64,000 nucleotides of DNA from Octopus bimaculoides. Taxonomy: Eukaryota. Position numbers and translations under genes: made by a program. A model generated the notes under the pieces. That model was not told where the DNA came from and searched no databases. It saw nothing but the letters and a program-made list of their open reading frames with translations. Positions within the stretch are counted from its first letter, which is position 1. Each line of letters opens with the position of its first letter. Location of the stretch: contig NC_068984.1 in NCBI RefSeq assembly GCF_001194135.2, forward strand, positions 95,200,953 to 95,264,952. The letters run 5' to 3'. Shown piece after piece: positions 62,481 through 64,000 of this stretch.

Positions 62481-64000
62481 GTAAGTTACTTGAAAAACAC
62501 TTATTCTAACCTAGAACAAACACTTTGCAATATCCATCTTACTACTAGACAAGTAAAGAAATTATATAATAGTCTTTAAATTTTTCATATTTTCCATACT
62601 GTAGACCAGTTTTTGATGGAGCAAACTGTTTTCACAGCTGAATGTCATTCTTCTTCAGTTTCTCTACTGTGTTATGTTCCTTGCTCAGGTATACAACATG
62701 AAGCAAGGTGTCTGAAGTGGTGACTTTTCAAACACCTTTACTTCTCCATCACTAAATTTCAATGAAGCCACAATGTTTGTGACATAAATTGTTCTGGATT
62801 ACTAAGTATGTGGTCAGGAGTTCAAACTAGTTCAACTTTTGTGGTGATACAGACGAACAGATGTTCATATTTCTGTTTGCCTGGCTGACATAAAACTGAT
62901 TCTACTCCCTACTTTGTGGTTGAGGAGTTAGTAATGGAAAGAAACCTCATCTATGTAAGTATGGAAAAAATAGATATAAAAATCCTTGAGATAAAGATGT
63001 TATGAAAAGCTTTATTGTCATCTTGAAATATTTAATATCAATTATTACTACTGAGTAAACAAGTACTCCAACTGTACTAAGGCATGTAACTGACTGGATA
63101 TTTGAGAGTGACTCATATGTATAGTATAGTAGAAATAGTTGAGCTGCTACTGCATGTGATGGGGAGAAGAGCATCTGACACTTGACAATCTCAAAGAGAA
63201 AATTAAGTTTTTTGTCTGAGTGCAAATATTTTTTTGTCTGAGGTCATTATCCTCTTCTTTCACAGCATACAACCTGCTGCATGTGCTGTAGAATGTTGTG
63301 TGTGTGTGACTGTATGGATATGTGTAGAGTGAGGGTGTGACTGAGACATGATGTATGAGAGCTATGTGACAGTGTGGGCAAGTTGTGTGGGGAGCAATGA
63401 AGTGTCATCATCTAATTTGTCTTAGCATTTTCTCTTGCCTTCTCTCTTATGCTGTTCACAATTAATCTCTCCTACCACCATCACTAGCTCTCTACTCTTT
63501 TTTCCCTCCCGTCACAATTCTTGAGTAATGAGGGATTGCATTGGTTCTCTTGGTATCCAATACATATCTTCATTTATCCTCTTGTGCTGTCACTATCACT
63601 TCTTTATTCTCAGGCTTTTCTTTTATCGACATCCATTACTCTTTTACCATTGCTATCTTGATTAATCATCACCTAGAGTCTCTGTACCAGCTATTATTTC
63701 TTTTCTGTACTTTAAACCCTCCTAAAAGACAGTGACGGTCTAGTGACATCTATGCGCTCTCTTACGACCACTCATCATTGACACTCTCTCTTACCAATAG
63801 CTCTCTTCGAGAGCCTTTCAATTTTATAGCACAACTTAAATATTCTTTGGACTGTGTGTAGGGTTGTGAGCCCTGGCACGATTTTCCTATATTTTTGTTC
63901 ATATTTTTCTTATACCTTGTGTTTCATTTATTATTGATACTAGTTTCACTTTCACATCTTTTATCCAGCTTAGTTTTGTAAATAGGTATGATAGTTGTCA

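Noticed and set aside
60840-63830. Two related pyrimidine-rich segments (~60840-61060, ~63470-63700) sharing cttgagtaa...agggattgca
   Set aside because: Probably old repeat fragments; family and boundaries cannot be determined by eye.

Overview
Eukaryotic, AT-rich, repeat-dense scaffold with about 3.1 kb of N in 10 gaps. The repeat families (RTE 3' ends with (GAT)n tails, tRNA-derived SINEs, TTAA/CCCTTT piggyBac-type elements) look like those of an octopus (coleoid cephalopod) genome; this is inference. One host gene is supportable: a RagC/D (RRAGC-like) small GTPase on the + strand with five canonical coding exons at 40290-62480. Its start ATG lies in an upstream exon I could not locate, and the C-terminal exons lie beyond the window. 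There is also an intronless phosphatidylserine decarboxylase (PISD) retrocopy with two early TGA stops (3729-5000, -). Most of the rest is nested, degenerate transposable elements: two Penelope-like elements, three copies of one RTE LINE family, two copies of a BovB-like RTE, R4/Dong-like and Tx1/L1-like LINEs, a Gypsy LTR element, Tigger/pogo, mariner, Tc1, hAT, piggyBac derivatives and SINEs. Most notable observations: His replaces the catalytic Gln (human Q120) in the RagC G3 motif; a minimal hammerhead ribozyme sits behind the first Penelope element; a 35-bp fold-back hairpin derives from an RTE 3' end; and the Gypsy 3' LTR carries an identical copy of the 5' U5/PBS/leader. No prokaryotic features, CRISPR arrays, rRNA or true tRNA genes were seen.
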